A stretch of 64,000 bases of DNA, from assembly GCF_001194135.2 (NCBI RefSeq), contig NC_068986.1:81550834-81614833 (forward strand). The letters run 5' to 3'. Source of the DNA: Octopus bimaculoides (taxonomy: Eukaryota). Numbering within the stretch: position 1 is the stretch's first letter; every line of letters begins with the position of its first letter. Below the pieces are notes generated by a model that was not told the origin of the DNA, searched no databases, and worked only from the letters and a program-made list of their open reading frames with translations. Made by a program: the position numbers and the translations under genes. Below are positions 1 to 12,010 of the stretch, piece by piece.

Positions 1-702
1 AGAGCTTGCTGGGGAAAGAAAGCAACCGGTTTAAAAAGACAGCAACAGACTGCAGCAATTCACCACATTCCAGAAGTTACTTTGAACATAATGCAAAACG
101 GTGCATCATCATCTACTGCCCAATCTGATAGAATTCTGGCAGAACTGTGTAGCAACAGATCGCCAGCAATTGCTTCATCAGAAATTGCCGTCCTACCTCC
201 TGCGAAAAGGAATTACCCTGCTATGTGTAATCAAGGCAGCGCAAAAAGTTGTTTTGCACAAGCATTTGTATAGCCAATTAGACGGATGAAATTTACGTAC
301 ACTTAATAATGTTACACAAAACAGCCTTCAGACTTCCCCTATTAATTTCGTCTTTTGAATTATGAACATCATGTCTGTCTGATACATTTTGGTCATCCAT
401 TAAAAATATGGCTTTTATAATGATCCGCAAGAAACCTTCAGTGGTTTGGGGGCCTGATTGGCTGAACCTAGTCAAGAGAAGGAGAAGCAGATCCTTCTCA
501 ACATCCTAACAGTTTACCACTACAAGCTGCGAACCATTTTTGCTTCTCTTTTCAATGGAATTTGTCATTGAGTTCTCTACTGAACTGTTGACTTGTTAGG
601 ACAGTCATAGTGAATTGTTTGTGAAGGCTTTGAACACCAGCCATATGGCAATTATATGGTTCTGTGATTAAGAAATTTGCTTTGTAGTCACATAGCTTAG
701 AG

Positions 703-840
703 CAGTGCTCCACAACCGGTATGCTGTGGCATGCTGGTGTGCCATGAGACGATGCTAGGTGTGCCACAGTGTAACCTGAATATAAATTTTTCTGCTATAT
801 TTTTAGTTATATTTTTAGTTCAGGTGTGCCACCAAATTTT
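703..840 (+). mobile_element. Degenerate hAT/Charlie-type terminal remnant
   Basis: Begins CAGTGCTCCACAACCGG, followed by repeated GGTGTGCCA motifs typical of Charlie-type subterminal sequence. No matching right TIR found. Confidence 0.4.
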
Positions 841-1016
841 AAAAAGAATATAAGTGTATCGGATCTTAGAGTTTAATCCACTGTATGGGATCCTGGGCAA
901 GTGTCTTCAACTATAACTGCAGGTTGACTGATGCTTTAGTGAAATTTGGAGCATAGAAAATGTAAAGCAGTTTATTGTATGTGTGTACAAGTGCATGTGT
1001 ATGTGTGTTGGTGTGT

Positions 1017-1058
<42 letters not shown>

Positions 1059-1227
1059 GAACAGGTTGAAAGACGTTTACAGAGCTATTACCTCTGGTGG
1101 CAGAGTGAAAAAGAAATTGTATGATGCTTGTCCTAGAAGTATTATTGTTGCACGGTATTGAGACACAGGACTTAAAAGGTGAAAAAAAAAAAAAAAAATT
1201 CCACTTACAAAGGCAAGAAAGAAGTAA

Positions 1228-1440
1228 AACTAACATGTTTTGCTGGAGGTGTAATATTAGTGTGGATGAATGCCAGAGTGCAAATGTGCTGAGAGAAGAT
1301 CTGGATATAAGAGGAATCAAATGTTTTGCAAGAGGAAGCTGTGCTGTTATGAGCATGTGATGTGTATGGTGGATGATTGTTGCATAAGAAAGTTTATTGA
1401 TTGGCAATATACTGCACTGAAGAAGACTGAACTACCCATG
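1228..1440 (+). mobile_element. RTE-clade LINE ORF2 C-terminal fragment (frameshifted)
   Basis: Translates across a frameshift as MFCWRCNISVDECQSANVLREDLDIRGIKC / RKLCCYEHVMCMVDDCCIRK, resembling the RTE ORF2 tail motif LRWMCNVS...REKLGIR..ERRLRWYGHVMRM. Confidence 0.65.
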
Positions 1441-1484
1441 CAAGAATATGTACTTTTGAAATGAAGAGAATGATGGCAGCTGGG

Positions 1485-1519
<35 letters not shown>

Positions 1520-1756
1520 CTTAGAGGATTCTTAATCTTATTTGCTGAGGACATGGCAGTCTCTTTAGTATTGGTACCATGAGAAAATGCACCCGTCACA
1601 CTGTAGTGAGGTGATAGGAAGGGCATTGAGCTTTAAAAACCAAGGAAAAGTGACACAGATGAGCAACGGTCTATGAAAGCAATGGCTCGCAATAAGAGTT
1701 TGCTTGAACCATGTTGAACCCAGTATAGAAATCAGTTAAAATTATGATGTTAATGG

Positions 1757-1758
<2 letters not shown>

Positions 1759-1852
<94 letters not shown>
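1759..1852. repeat. (GT)n microsatellite
   Basis: Uninterrupted GT run of about 94 bp. Confidence 0.98.
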
Positions 1853-1854
<2 letters not shown>

Positions 1855-2196
1855 TTCTGTATCTCATCATCATCATTTTATATCCATTTCGTATGTGTGG
1901 TTGTGTATATCAGTCTGTATAACTGCGTATGCATCTCTCTGTGTGTTGTGTGTGTGCACGCTTTGAAAATAAAGAGGGTGAATAACTTTCTTTATCAGTT
2001 ATTTTCCACCTGAAAGAGGCCCTTTTGTTTGTTTTCCCTCCAAATCAAAATCCTGATTGAAAACAGAGTTGTTTGCTTTTAGGCTAACCCACATTGGGCA
2101 GGTTTATTATGAGACCCTCACAACTATAACCAAGTCTTTTTGTATATCAGACACTGCATTGTATTGTGTAACCTTCCATGACACTGATTTGCGCAT

Positions 2197-2239
<43 letters not shown>

Positions 2240-3415
2240 CCGCGCGCATGCATTTGTGTGTACATGCATATAAGTAGGTATGTATAAACAAGATTGTCGT
2301 GAAAATTGCACAGGTAGCATAATTTCTTTTAATATAGGAACTGATATGGAGATGATGTGTTTATACATCCTTGTAGTCAGCAAGAGATCCTCTAAGCTAT
2401 TACTGAACCACTTAGAAGTAGGAGCCAAGTTTCTCTCAAATTTCTACTTATTCTGAATGATGTATATAAAAAAAGAACCAGATAANNNNNNNNNNNNNNN
2501 NNNNNNNNNNNNNNNNNNNNNNNNNNNNNNNNNNNNNNNNNNAAAAAAAAACAAACTAAATGGTTGGAATGGTCATGGTCATGGTTGTAGGTTTGTTCAC
2601 TCAGATTATCCTGGGGCTAAACAACAATAACCTCCTCATAGCCTTGTTGCTGTTTTTGTATATTTTTGTTTTAAGACAATATTTGAGTCACACTGAATCT
2701 TATGATTCTGCCCATAGAATATGACACATCTTGTAGCATGCTTTTCTCAACTCCCTAGACTTCAACATTATTCAGATAGTCTTTTCAAGATGCATGCAAA
2801 ATTTGTAAAAGACATTTTTGCTAAAAACACTTCTATTATTTTTTTTTTTTTTTATATAATGTCCATGTGTAGTAATAACACAAAAATAGTTCTTTTGAAA
2901 AGAAATATTTGAGTGTTATTTTGTATATGACATTGAGACTTAAAATGTAATTTTTCAGAAGACATCTATGAGTTCTATTTGAAATTTTATAACCAAGAAA
3001 GATTTGCATCCCTTGTTTAAAATGCCTCCAAATGCTATTATTTTGGGAATTACATGGGACTTCCTAGGAAAGCACTGATAAAAGTTAAGTTTTATCAAGT
3101 TGTATTGCGAAGACTAATAGGTTAAAATGCAATGTAAATTTTATCCAGAAGTAATTGGAGGTATCTTTTCATTGTTTGTAATGATATTGCAACCATCAGC
3201 ATGTAAAAGGTTTCTATAAACACAACAGACTTTCTCTGTTTTCTGTGTACCAGATTCACCCGCATTGTACAGGTCACATGAAGCTATAGAAGACACTTGC
3301 ACAAGTTGCCACAGAGTGGAGACTGAATCTGGAACCGCAAGCTGCAAAAGACACTTCTTAACTACACAGCCATATCTGTGCCTGCGTGTGTCTGTGTGTT
3401 GATCCATTGAACAGT

Positions 3416-3418
<3 letters not shown>

Positions 3419-3500
<82 letters not shown>
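3419..3500. repeat. (GT)n microsatellite
   Basis: Uninterrupted GT run followed by (GCGT)n. Confidence 0.98.
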
Positions 3501-3505
<5 letters not shown>

Positions 3506-4789
3506 CGTGCGTGCGCACACATACATGATGCATTCATATGCTAAACAATACTATGCAGAAATTCTAACCTTGAAATTTATTTTCTGCAATAGATGTTGAA
3601 GATAAAAATAACTTTCAGCAAATTTTAAATTCTACAGCTTCATTGTGCAACCAGCAATTTTCTTGATTCTAGTTAGTCTTTAATAGTGTCATGAATTTAT
3701 TACACTACCAGCGCATGTGCACACACACCTTCACATACTCACTTGTTCACCAATGAACACATATTCATAGCAAAAGAAAAGGAAAAATCATGTGATTTTA
3801 ATCTGTGCTATCTTCAGGACTGTGTGTGTGTGTGTGTGTGTGTGTTAGGAGAGATGGTAATGTTCTTAACCCTTTAGGAGCATCTGAGACCAGTGGAAGA
3901 GAGGAAGGAAAGCATTCTTTAAACAGGGGATCCTAGTCTGAATGCCTGCAACAGTGGACTCTGCTAAGGACATCAAAAATGTCAGATGGTGATGTTAAAT
4001 CAGTAAATTCAGCGAAGCTGTTCTCATGATGTTGAACCTCATAAAGAAGATGACCAGTTACTGTAATGGGGGAAATCCATCCACTCTTTATAAACATAGA
4101 AAAGAAGGATGTTATATGATTATGATGGTGGTGTGTTTGTTGAGTAACATCTGTTTACTATAAAAATACAAAATGGTATGTGAACTGTTCATAAAGGGTT
4201 TGATGAAATAAGTGCAAGGGTTGATATGATTGTATAGGTGTTTCCCAGTATTGTTGTAGTCCAATGAATAAAATAAAATCAGTAAAGGAAGACAGCGCCC
4301 ATCTGTGACTCTACTGTTTGGAGTTTGTTATTGGGTAACATCTGGTAAACAAGGAGGTTGTAGACAAACATACAATGTTAGAAAAATGTATGATGTTATA
4401 TTTTCATTGATTGTGAAACAGTTATTGCTTTGAAGGTTTTATTATAGAATTTATGTGACAGCTTTATTTTAGGTGGAGTCGGTGTAAAATAGGGCAGATA
4501 TTTTTTCAATACCACAAATATAAATTTCTAGACGTCTAATTTGATTTATGTGGATTATAAATCTTTGTTTATCAACCTCATCTTTATAGAATATTTTGAA
4601 TACTTATGTTTACAATATTTTAATCACCTTTATCTCCTGTTGTCATTAGGTGTCTTGTCAAGTATCATGTTCTTTATTCTGTACATTACTCCAAACTAGA
4701 TTTGAACTAGGACTTAATTTCAGAACTAAAAGCATAAAGTGAATCTATATTTTCCTACCTCAACATCTCTTGTCTTGCGCAACACACAA

Positions 4790-5200
4790 TTAAAAACCTC
4801 TCAAAGTTACTACAAATCTAGGGATCACAATCACTGATAAGCTCTCCTGGAAATCTCATATTCAAAACATAACAAAAATTGTGTCCTAATGATTACCTTG
4901 CTTCTTCGCACATACAAACATCTTGGATCACATCTTAATGAGAGCATCTGACTGTTTAGTGAGGACTCACTCATCTACATACGCCAACCTTCATCTCACT
5001 TGCATACCATAACCTCACACTTCTATTGCAACAGCCTCTGCTCTTCAGTATTAGAAAGTTGTGCACCACCTTCATCACAGTACATCCAAGAAACCTGCCT
5101 CTCCTTTCTGATCCAATGCTAACCACTATACCCAGTTCTTCCTCCTCAGAACCTCATCTCATTACAATTCTCTCTTTCCAACAAGGTGAACATCATCAGC
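4790..5200 (+). mobile_element. CR1/L2-like LINE reverse-transcriptase remnant
   Basis: Translates ...NLGITITDKLSWKSHIQNITK..., similar to the CR1/L2 motif DLGV.IS.DLSW..HI..I..KA. Many stop codons. Confidence 0.5.
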
Positions 5201-5784
5201 CCTATCTGTTTTACCAGTCTGAGAAGGCTTGTAAACATGAAGGGTACAACATCTTTTTCCTGATTAAAACCATTAATAAATACTTTAAATTCAGTTTGGA
5301 ATAAACTACAAATGCAGGAATATGACACCTGATATTAACTGAAGTTGAAAACATTGTGCTGATATAAATGATGTAACTATAGTTTAAAGATGACATTAAT
5401 AGTTTGGTAAGATAATATAACCACTCCATTTTTAAGTTAGATATATATGAAATAAATATGATTATCAATGTTATATATTTTGACACTGATGGAAATTAGA
5501 ATATAATTGAAAATGGTTTTATATGACTAGTTTAAATGACTATCATCTTGGCAAGAGAGACTGTAGAGATTTTAGTTAATAAATGATGCAACCATTATGG
5601 ATAGGAAGGCACTTCATGTGCTTTCATAAATGTAGTAGAAAGATTTACTTTTCTTGTTCATTATACTTAAAAAAAAGAATTAGTATCTGATTATCATGGT
5701 TGTTACAGTTCTATATTCAAGAGATGAGGAATTATGTACATTATTTACATTTGACGGATATTTGTCCTCATCTTGTTTGTTGTT

Positions 5785-5830
5785 AACACAATGTTTCGGC
5801 TGATATACCCTCCAGCCTTCATCAGGTGTC
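5785..5830 (-). ncRNA. Minimal type-I hammerhead ribozyme motif, copy 1 (one probable CpG-decay change)
   Basis: Minus strand reads GACAC-CUGAUGA-A-GGCUG(GAGGGUAUAU)CAGCC-GAAAC-AUU-GUGUU. Stem I is GACAC/GUGUU, stem II is 5 bp and the core is intact. The ACGU palindrome is changed to ACAU. Confidence 0.7.
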
Positions 5831-5987
5831 TTAGGGAAATTTCGAACCTGGGTTCTCATTCCTAAGGTATTTTTTGATATTATTATTATATTTATTATTG
5901 GTCACTGCTTAGAATCGAACTCAGAATCTTGGGGTTAGTAGCCTGCCCTCTTAACCACTATGCCATATGCCTGTGTTTTAATGAGTA

Positions 5988-6053
5988 TCTACATCTGCAC
6001 AGGAAAGTTAGATGGTTTGAAAGACGAGCTAATTTTTGATGGTGTTTCTCTAT
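5988..6053 (-). pseudogene. Penelope-like element ORF N-terminal fragment
   Basis: IEKHHQKLARLSNHLTFLCRCR resembles the PLE ORF N-terminal motif (E-K-x-x-x-K-L-A-R-x-x-N-H-L-x-F-L-x-R-C). It is in frame with the pLTR tail. Recognised from memory, not searched. Confidence 0.62.
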
Positions 6054-6152
6054 ATGTCCCCATTGAAGTCTAATGTCGGCTCTGTACCAATTAGATAATA
6101 CAGTTCTATATTTAAGAGATGAGAAATTATGTACATTATTTACATTATTTAC

Positions 6153-6225
6153 GGGCATATGGCGTAGTGGTTAAGAGTGCGGGCTACTAACCCCAAGATT
6201 CCAAGTTCAATTCCAGGCAGTGACC
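6153..6225 (+). promoter_or_regulatory. tRNA-derived Pol III internal promoter (SINE-type head)
   Basis: A box TGGCGTAGTGG at 6160-6170 and B box GTTCAATTCC at 6205-6214. The acceptor stem does not pair, so it is not a functional tRNA. A mirror copy lies at about 5900-5973 on the minus strand. Confidence 0.78.
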
Positions 6226-6308
6226 TGAATAATAATGATAATAATAATAATAATAATAATATTGAAAAATACTTTAGGAATGAGAACCGAGGTTCAAAAT
6301 TTCCCCAA

Positions 6309-6354
6309 GACACCTGATGAAGGCTGGAGGCTATATCAGCCAAAACGTTGGGTT
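6309..6354 (+). ncRNA. Minimal type-I hammerhead ribozyme motif, copy 2 (GAAA changed to AAAA)
   Basis: GACAC-CUGAUGA-A-GGCUG(GAGGCUAUAU)CAGCC-AAAAC-GUU-GGGUU. The ACGU palindrome (6345-6348) is intact, but G12 is lost at a CpG site. Confidence 0.7.
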
Positions 6355-6984
6355 AACAAACAAGATGAGGACTAATATCTGTCAAATGTAAATAATGTCA
6401 TGGTTGTTGTTTGAACTTTTTTCATTTGAAAAGGAAGAAGTCCTTTGTGGTGCTTTACAGGGCCTCTGAAATTGGTGGGATTGATGGAGAAAGGTATACT
6501 CAAACCAGAAAATATTCATAAGTGTGAACTCTACAAAGGCACATACGATGTTAGGTGATGGTAGGAAGTAAATTTAGTCTGCCACTTAAATACTCTATAG
6601 TGGAATTTGAACTCAGACTGCGAAGATCCGGAACAAATACTACAATGCATCAAGTTTGACTTTGTTATATTTCCGCCAATCAACAACCCTGGTTTGGTAC
6701 TTTTTTTTATTAAATTTGGTGTTCAGCTGTTATAGCTCAGAAGCAGCCTGGCACCACTGCTCTATTGAGTGAGTGCACAAACCATTGCTCTAATCCCACG
6801 GTTTTGCTCATACTGGACAGGATAGCGGGATAGCTGAGTTGGTGTTGTTGGCACCTAGAATGGCAATTCCACCATTGATGCTGCTGTGCAGACATGACAG
6901 GCAGGTGCTGAGCTGAGGCACACACCTTGAGGTTGAGGCACTTTTGGAAAACATTGGGTTCAGCTATGGTTCCACCTTGTGAAG

Positions 6985-7160
6985 GTGCATGACTCAGTGG
7001 TTAGAGCGTTGGGCTCATAGTCATGAGGTAGTGAGTTTGATTCCTGGACAGGGCTGTGTGTTGTGTTTTTATTTCACATTGCTCCAGTTGTAGAACTCAG
7101 CTGTAGAAAGGAGTTATGGTGCATTTGGCTTTCCCTTGGATAATGTCAGTGGCATGGGCA
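6985..7160 (+). mobile_element. tRNA-derived SINE (degenerate)
   Basis: A-box-like TGACTCAGTGG and B-box-like GTTTGATTCC, followed by a body shared with copies at 7951-8110, 27455-27590 and 30510-30736. Confidence 0.7.
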
Positions 7161-7289
7161 GTGTGTGTGTGTGTGTGTGTGTGTGTTTGTCCCTCTATCA
7201 CCAATTGACAATAGATGCTGAGTTGACAAGATGGAGTAATCAATCAATGTGTGTGTATGTGTCTGCATACATACATATATACATACAAA

Positions 7290-7424
7290 CAAGCAAAGGC
7301 ATGGCTGGGTTCAGTCCTACTGCCTGGCACCTTTGGCAAGTGTCTTCTATTATAGCCCTTGTCTGGCCAAAGCCTTGTGAAAGGATTTAGTAGGCAGAAA
7401 CTGGAAGCCCATTGTATATATATG

Positions 7425-7455
<31 letters not shown>

Positions 7456-7660
7456 GTGTTACTACTGCCTTTCCTTGACATCATGTGATAGTTGGAAGCA
7501 AGTGCCACAATCAGGAAAGTGGTGTTTCTCATTTCTAATCTTCCGTGTAAACATATTTGGTCATGGAGGAAATCTTATCTTACAGGGAAACTGGTAAGGG
7601 TTGGCGACAGGATGGGTAACTGGCCATAGAAAATCTGTCTCAACAAGACTCGTGCTTCTT
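7290..7660 (+). mobile_element. SINE with internal (TA)n and RTE-type tail
   Basis: GGCAAGTGTCTTCTATTATAGCC...GCCTTGTGA...AGAAACTG body, recurring at 895, 34970, 36075, 49885 and 60170. Confidence 0.7.
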
Positions 7661-7950
7661 TATTTAAGATAGTAGGCTGTGTTAAAAGGGAGATTTGGCT
7701 GCTGTTTCTAGCATTTTGAGCAACTCAGTAGTGTTTCAGCTCTCTCAGCTTGTTTTATTCACTACCAAGAGATTAGATACCCAAACAAGATTGCTCTGAT
7801 TCATGAGGGTTCCAATGTTTTTGTCTAAAATATGACTCAAGCCAGCATGGAAAACAAAAGTTAAATCATAACTACTGTTATTTCTTCATGTTGGTTAAAT
7901 GTACTGATAATTCTTGTGAATGTGCTTGTGTGTCAATTTACTTTATTACT

Positions 7951-8110
7951 ACATATGGTCTAGTGGTTAGAGTGTTGGGCTCATGAGCATAAGGTCATGG
8001 GCTCAACTCTTGGATCAGGCAACATGTTATGTCCTTGAGCAAGCCACATATTTTCACATCGTTCCAGTCAATCCAGCTAATTATGAGTACCAGCTGACTG
8101 CTGGTGCAAT
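7951..8110 (+). mobile_element. tRNA-derived SINE (degenerate)
   Basis: TGGTCTAGTGG A box, with a body similar to 6985-7160. Confidence 0.65.
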
Positions 8111-9934
8111 ATACTCTTCCTACTATTGGCATGTCATGGGTTTTCTGCTGGGTGAAGGGTGGAAGGGCTGAGAGAATGTCTGTGAAGGCATGGTATAAGC
8201 TACTAGGCTATACTCTCTTGTGAGTGGCGGCAAAGTTTATATTACTTCTCCTTGATGTGATGTGGATAGTAAAGAAATGATCTATGTAATTTCTATTATA
8301 CACACATTTCTATTTAAAGCCACTTTTTTTTTTTTGATATTCAACATGCTATAAAACACATGTAGATGTCCAGAATTTCAGTAGTGAATATCAATTTTTG
8401 GTGCCATCTTAATTTAAGGAAACGAAATAGTTATTTAATACTTGTCATTAATATTCTGTAGATGTTTCAAGTCATTTAGACCAGTCTCCTTTACATATGC
8501 AACGGGATATATTTTGCTGTTCTTAACTTACACAGACAGTTTTTCTTCCAATGACCTACAAAGTTACACATCATTTCTTTATCTGTAAGACAGGTGTTGT
8601 AGGATTTTCTTCAAAACTTATCATGATCATACCTGATTATTCTAATTACAGCTTCAAATGACACACTAAACGACACACCCGCTTGATATCTAGAATTCCA
8701 TTCAGATAATCTGAGGGCTCATAGTTTGAAGAGGCTTAGTAGGTCAGGGTATACTTGCTTGAATTGATATGGTTTACATAGGAAGAGGAAAACATTTGAT
8801 TTTTGTTTGTTTCTTTAGTTTTCACTCTGGTGGTTTGGATTTCACTGAAAAATTCATCCTATAGCTGTAGTATTTGATATCAGCCTTAGTCGTCTACATT
8901 CTGAGCATATTTTAGCAGATTATTGAACCCCAAATTACTGAAGTTGCAGAAGAATGTTAAGGTCTCAGAATTCACCTTAACATTCTTGTACTGAAATAAT
9001 TTACTTAAACACCCATAGCAGAACAATTAAGAACTAAAGCATTGATTTCTTTTCATTAGAATATTATATTATTTGAAATTTCATGCGAGCTTGTACAGTC
9101 AAACAGACAAGCCCATAGCTCTTGTACATGTATTGAACATCTTAATAGTTATTTGAATTCATAGAAGATGCTACTATGTTGTTATCTAGCTCCCAGGTCA
9201 GTTCTAGACATTCCAGCTGTGACTGTTTTGTCAAAAATAAAAGAAAAATGCTTGTGTGTTGGTAGTAAAACTTTATGTATTCTGGTGCAGTAAGGTAACT
9301 ATATATATATATATAGAGAGAGAAGAGACTGATAAAGAAGTTCCTGAACATATTGTGGTTTATTGTCAATAATTCTATAGGTATGAGTCAGAGATATGGA
9401 AACGTTTTTTGTGATAAGCAAAGAGATGACATTATGTTGTTAGTATTGACATTTGTAGAGGAAACTTTAAATAAAGAAATCTACAATTTCCATGATAGAT
9501 GTTGATGACTGCGAAGATTTAGCAAAGTTGTTAACATTTCGACAAAAGCTATTGTACACTAGGACAAAATGTAAGAAAGCAGTTTTCAGTAATGAACTTA
9601 AGGATATCCCTGTTCTATATTGCCCTTCCTTAGTGTCTGTGTTTAAAAAACAACTATTTGTTGCTAACCCCTTTGATCTGTGTTAATATCTGCTCTGTGT
9701 TTTTCTCTCCATTTCTTAGAACTCAGTTCATCTGTGTATATTTCAATTGAAATTGATACAGACAATACATTTTATAGCTGGTTATTGATAGTTTTATAAT
9801 AATGTTATCACTGAAGGTGGGGGATGGAATATTGTTGATTTTCTTAAATTGGAATAATATTTCTATTGGTTCCTGCTTTTATTAATGTTCTTTTTTTTTT
9901 TAAAGCAAATGTCATGTTTTAAGGTGCAGTATAC

Positions 9935-12010
9935 CAGTGGTTCCCAACCTTTTTCAGTCCAGGGACCATTTTTTACTTGAAAAAATTTCTAGGAACCACT
10001 TCTACTTTTACTTTATGCTGTTCTATTTTCACACCAAAATACTTAATGAAAAGACAAAATAGTCTATTTACACTTTAAAATTTATTTTAGTGAACAAAGA
10101 TAAACACAAAATATCAATATCATTTTTCATAAAGTCATTCGTTTTTAGTCCATTCAGCTAGTGACTAGCTTGATATTGGTGTTTCATCTTTAATAAATTA
10201 TTGTATCTTCTCTCAGAGTCTACATGAAGACCTTCAAGATGGGCAATGCATTCTAATGTAGGAACAGTGGTGTTAAAATTTTGAAATGATGCAAAATTTT
10301 TTTTTTGAAACTGTTTTTTCCAAAATTTGAATTTCCCCATATACCCTTTTATCTTCTGAGAACAGGTGACCAAATCTGATTTTCTACCCTGCAGTTCTAA
10401 GTTAAGCAGATTCACTGNNNNNNNNNNNNNNNNNNNNNNNNNNNNNNNNNNNNNNNNNNNNNNNNNNNNNNNNNNNNNNNNNNNNNNNNNNNNNNNNNNN
10501 NNNNNNNNAAACTCAGAAAATCTTTCCAAAATTTTCTTAGCTGTATCAGTTTGCTTCTTGGAGTTGTAATGAGTCATCTGACTCTTGAACATGAGAAAGT
10601 TGATTAATGGTTCCCACAAATCCATGAGTCTTTCAAGGCTCATGCCTTTTGACAACTTCTGTGTGAAGCAATACGGTTTTTAAATCTTCATCTTCACAGA
10701 ATTGCATAAAAAATCTATTATTCACTGAGTTTGATTTGACAAAGTTAATTGCATGTATGGCAGTGTTGAGTGCTTCTTCCATGTGTCCTCCAATATTCTT
10801 AGCAACCAAATGCTGTCTGTGGATAATGCAATGTATATAAAAAAATGTGAGGAGCAACTGATTTCATTCTAGAAACAAAGCCTTTCACTTTTCCAGTCAT
10901 GGCTGCAGCTCCATTTGATGCAATGTTGATCAGATTAGTCAATGGAATATTTTTATCATTAAAATACTGCATTACTTTACTGAATATATCTTCTCCATTA
11001 GTAGTTTCTGACAAACTTTTAATGAATAACATTTCTTCCCTTATATCATCTTCATGGATGAATCTGACGTAGACCAGAGGATAGCTTGGTTATGAATTGT
11101 GCTATCATCAACCTGGATAGAAACATTTGTCATTTGGAGAATTTCCACAATCTTCTTCTCAACAAAATTAGACATTTCATCCTGTCTTCTTGTAATTGTG
11201 TTATTTGAAAGTGGAATTGTACTCAGAGTAGATGCAGCATCTTTTCCCAGAACCTCATAGCAGGCTTGACAAGTTTCTCACCATAAATCTGAGGTGCTGC
11301 AACCTTGGCAATAATTTCAGAGACCAAATAACTTGGTTTGAGTGTCTTTGCTTTTTCAGTATTTATCTTTACAAAGCCAGGTAGTTTGATTGGCTGTATT
11401 TTCTTTTTAGTCTCAAAATATTCCCTACCTTTACCAACACATGATGGATGCCTTAATTTCTGGTGCTGTTCCAGCTTAACTTTCTTCGTGGAATTATTTG
11501 TCATGATGGCATCACATTCAAGACACATAGGTTTTGAGTCCACAGATACAAAACCAAACATGATAAAGTCTTCTTTGTAGTTCCTCAGTTTTGCCTTTTA
11601 AGCAGTTGGCTCAGACATTATTACAACTGATCTTAAAAAAATAAAAGTAATAAATACTTTATCTTTATACATTAAAAGTATCAAATTTATTATTAAACAA
11701 TATTGTGTAGTGATCTATTAAAAATATAAAATTTATTATGAAACTGTTGTAATTGTAAAATTTAAATTATGTAATTCTTGCTTATAATATATTATTGATT
11801 ATATATTATACATTATTGATTCTCATGGAATAATTATTGAATTTTGTTTTCTTATTATTATTATTCTGTCTTCATATAAATTATTATTAACTAACATTGT
11901 CTTTATTATTGAACAATATTGTGTAGATCTGAAATGGCTTCAATTTTTTTATGGCTACAAATTCTATGGGGACCGCCGGTGGGCCCCAGGGACCACGTTG
12001 GAAATCACTG
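9935..12010 (-). mobile_element. hAT (Charlie/Buster-type) DNA transposon, both ends intact
   Basis: TIRs CAGTGGTTCCCAAC and (reverse complement) CAGTGATTTCCAAC. Perfect 8-bp TSD CAGTATAC at 9927-9934 and 12011-12018. Internal transposase fragments on the minus strand. Confidence 0.93.
10158..11600 (-). pseudogene. Frameshifted hAT transposase (ZBED5/ZBED8/FAM200-like family)
   Basis: ORF pieces include FGF...PMCLECDAIMTNNSTKKVKLEQH (BED-like), NGAAAMTGKVKGFV, IHCIIHRQHLVAK (CxxH motif) and SKGMSLERL. They are split over several frames and an N-gap. Confidence 0.9.

Larger units (their letters stand above)
5705..6397 (-). mobile_element. Composite Penelope-like non-autonomous retroelement with tRNA-derived heads, hammerhead-bearing pLTRs and an inverted copy
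   Basis: Exact 11-bp flanking duplication TCATGGTTGTT (5694-5704, 6398-6408). Inverted unit copies at 5738-5973 (-) and 6153-6398 (+). 47-bp direct repeat at 5705-5751 and 6100-6146 (2 mismatches). The spacer encodes a PLE-like ORF N-terminus. Confidence 0.78.

Noticed and set aside
1-700. Relatively GC-rich start of the window with several short ORFs (e.g. frame 1 open over 1-273, minus 293-475)
   Set aside because: All six frames contain stops within about 100 codons and I recognise no protein motif. It may be an old mobile-element fragment or part of an exon, but I cannot support either.
6153-6225. Apparent tRNA with ACT anticodon
   Set aside because: The acceptor stem does not pair, the sequence is fused to a repeat body, and an inverted diverged copy lies 180 bp away. 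It is a SINE-type head, not a tRNA gene.
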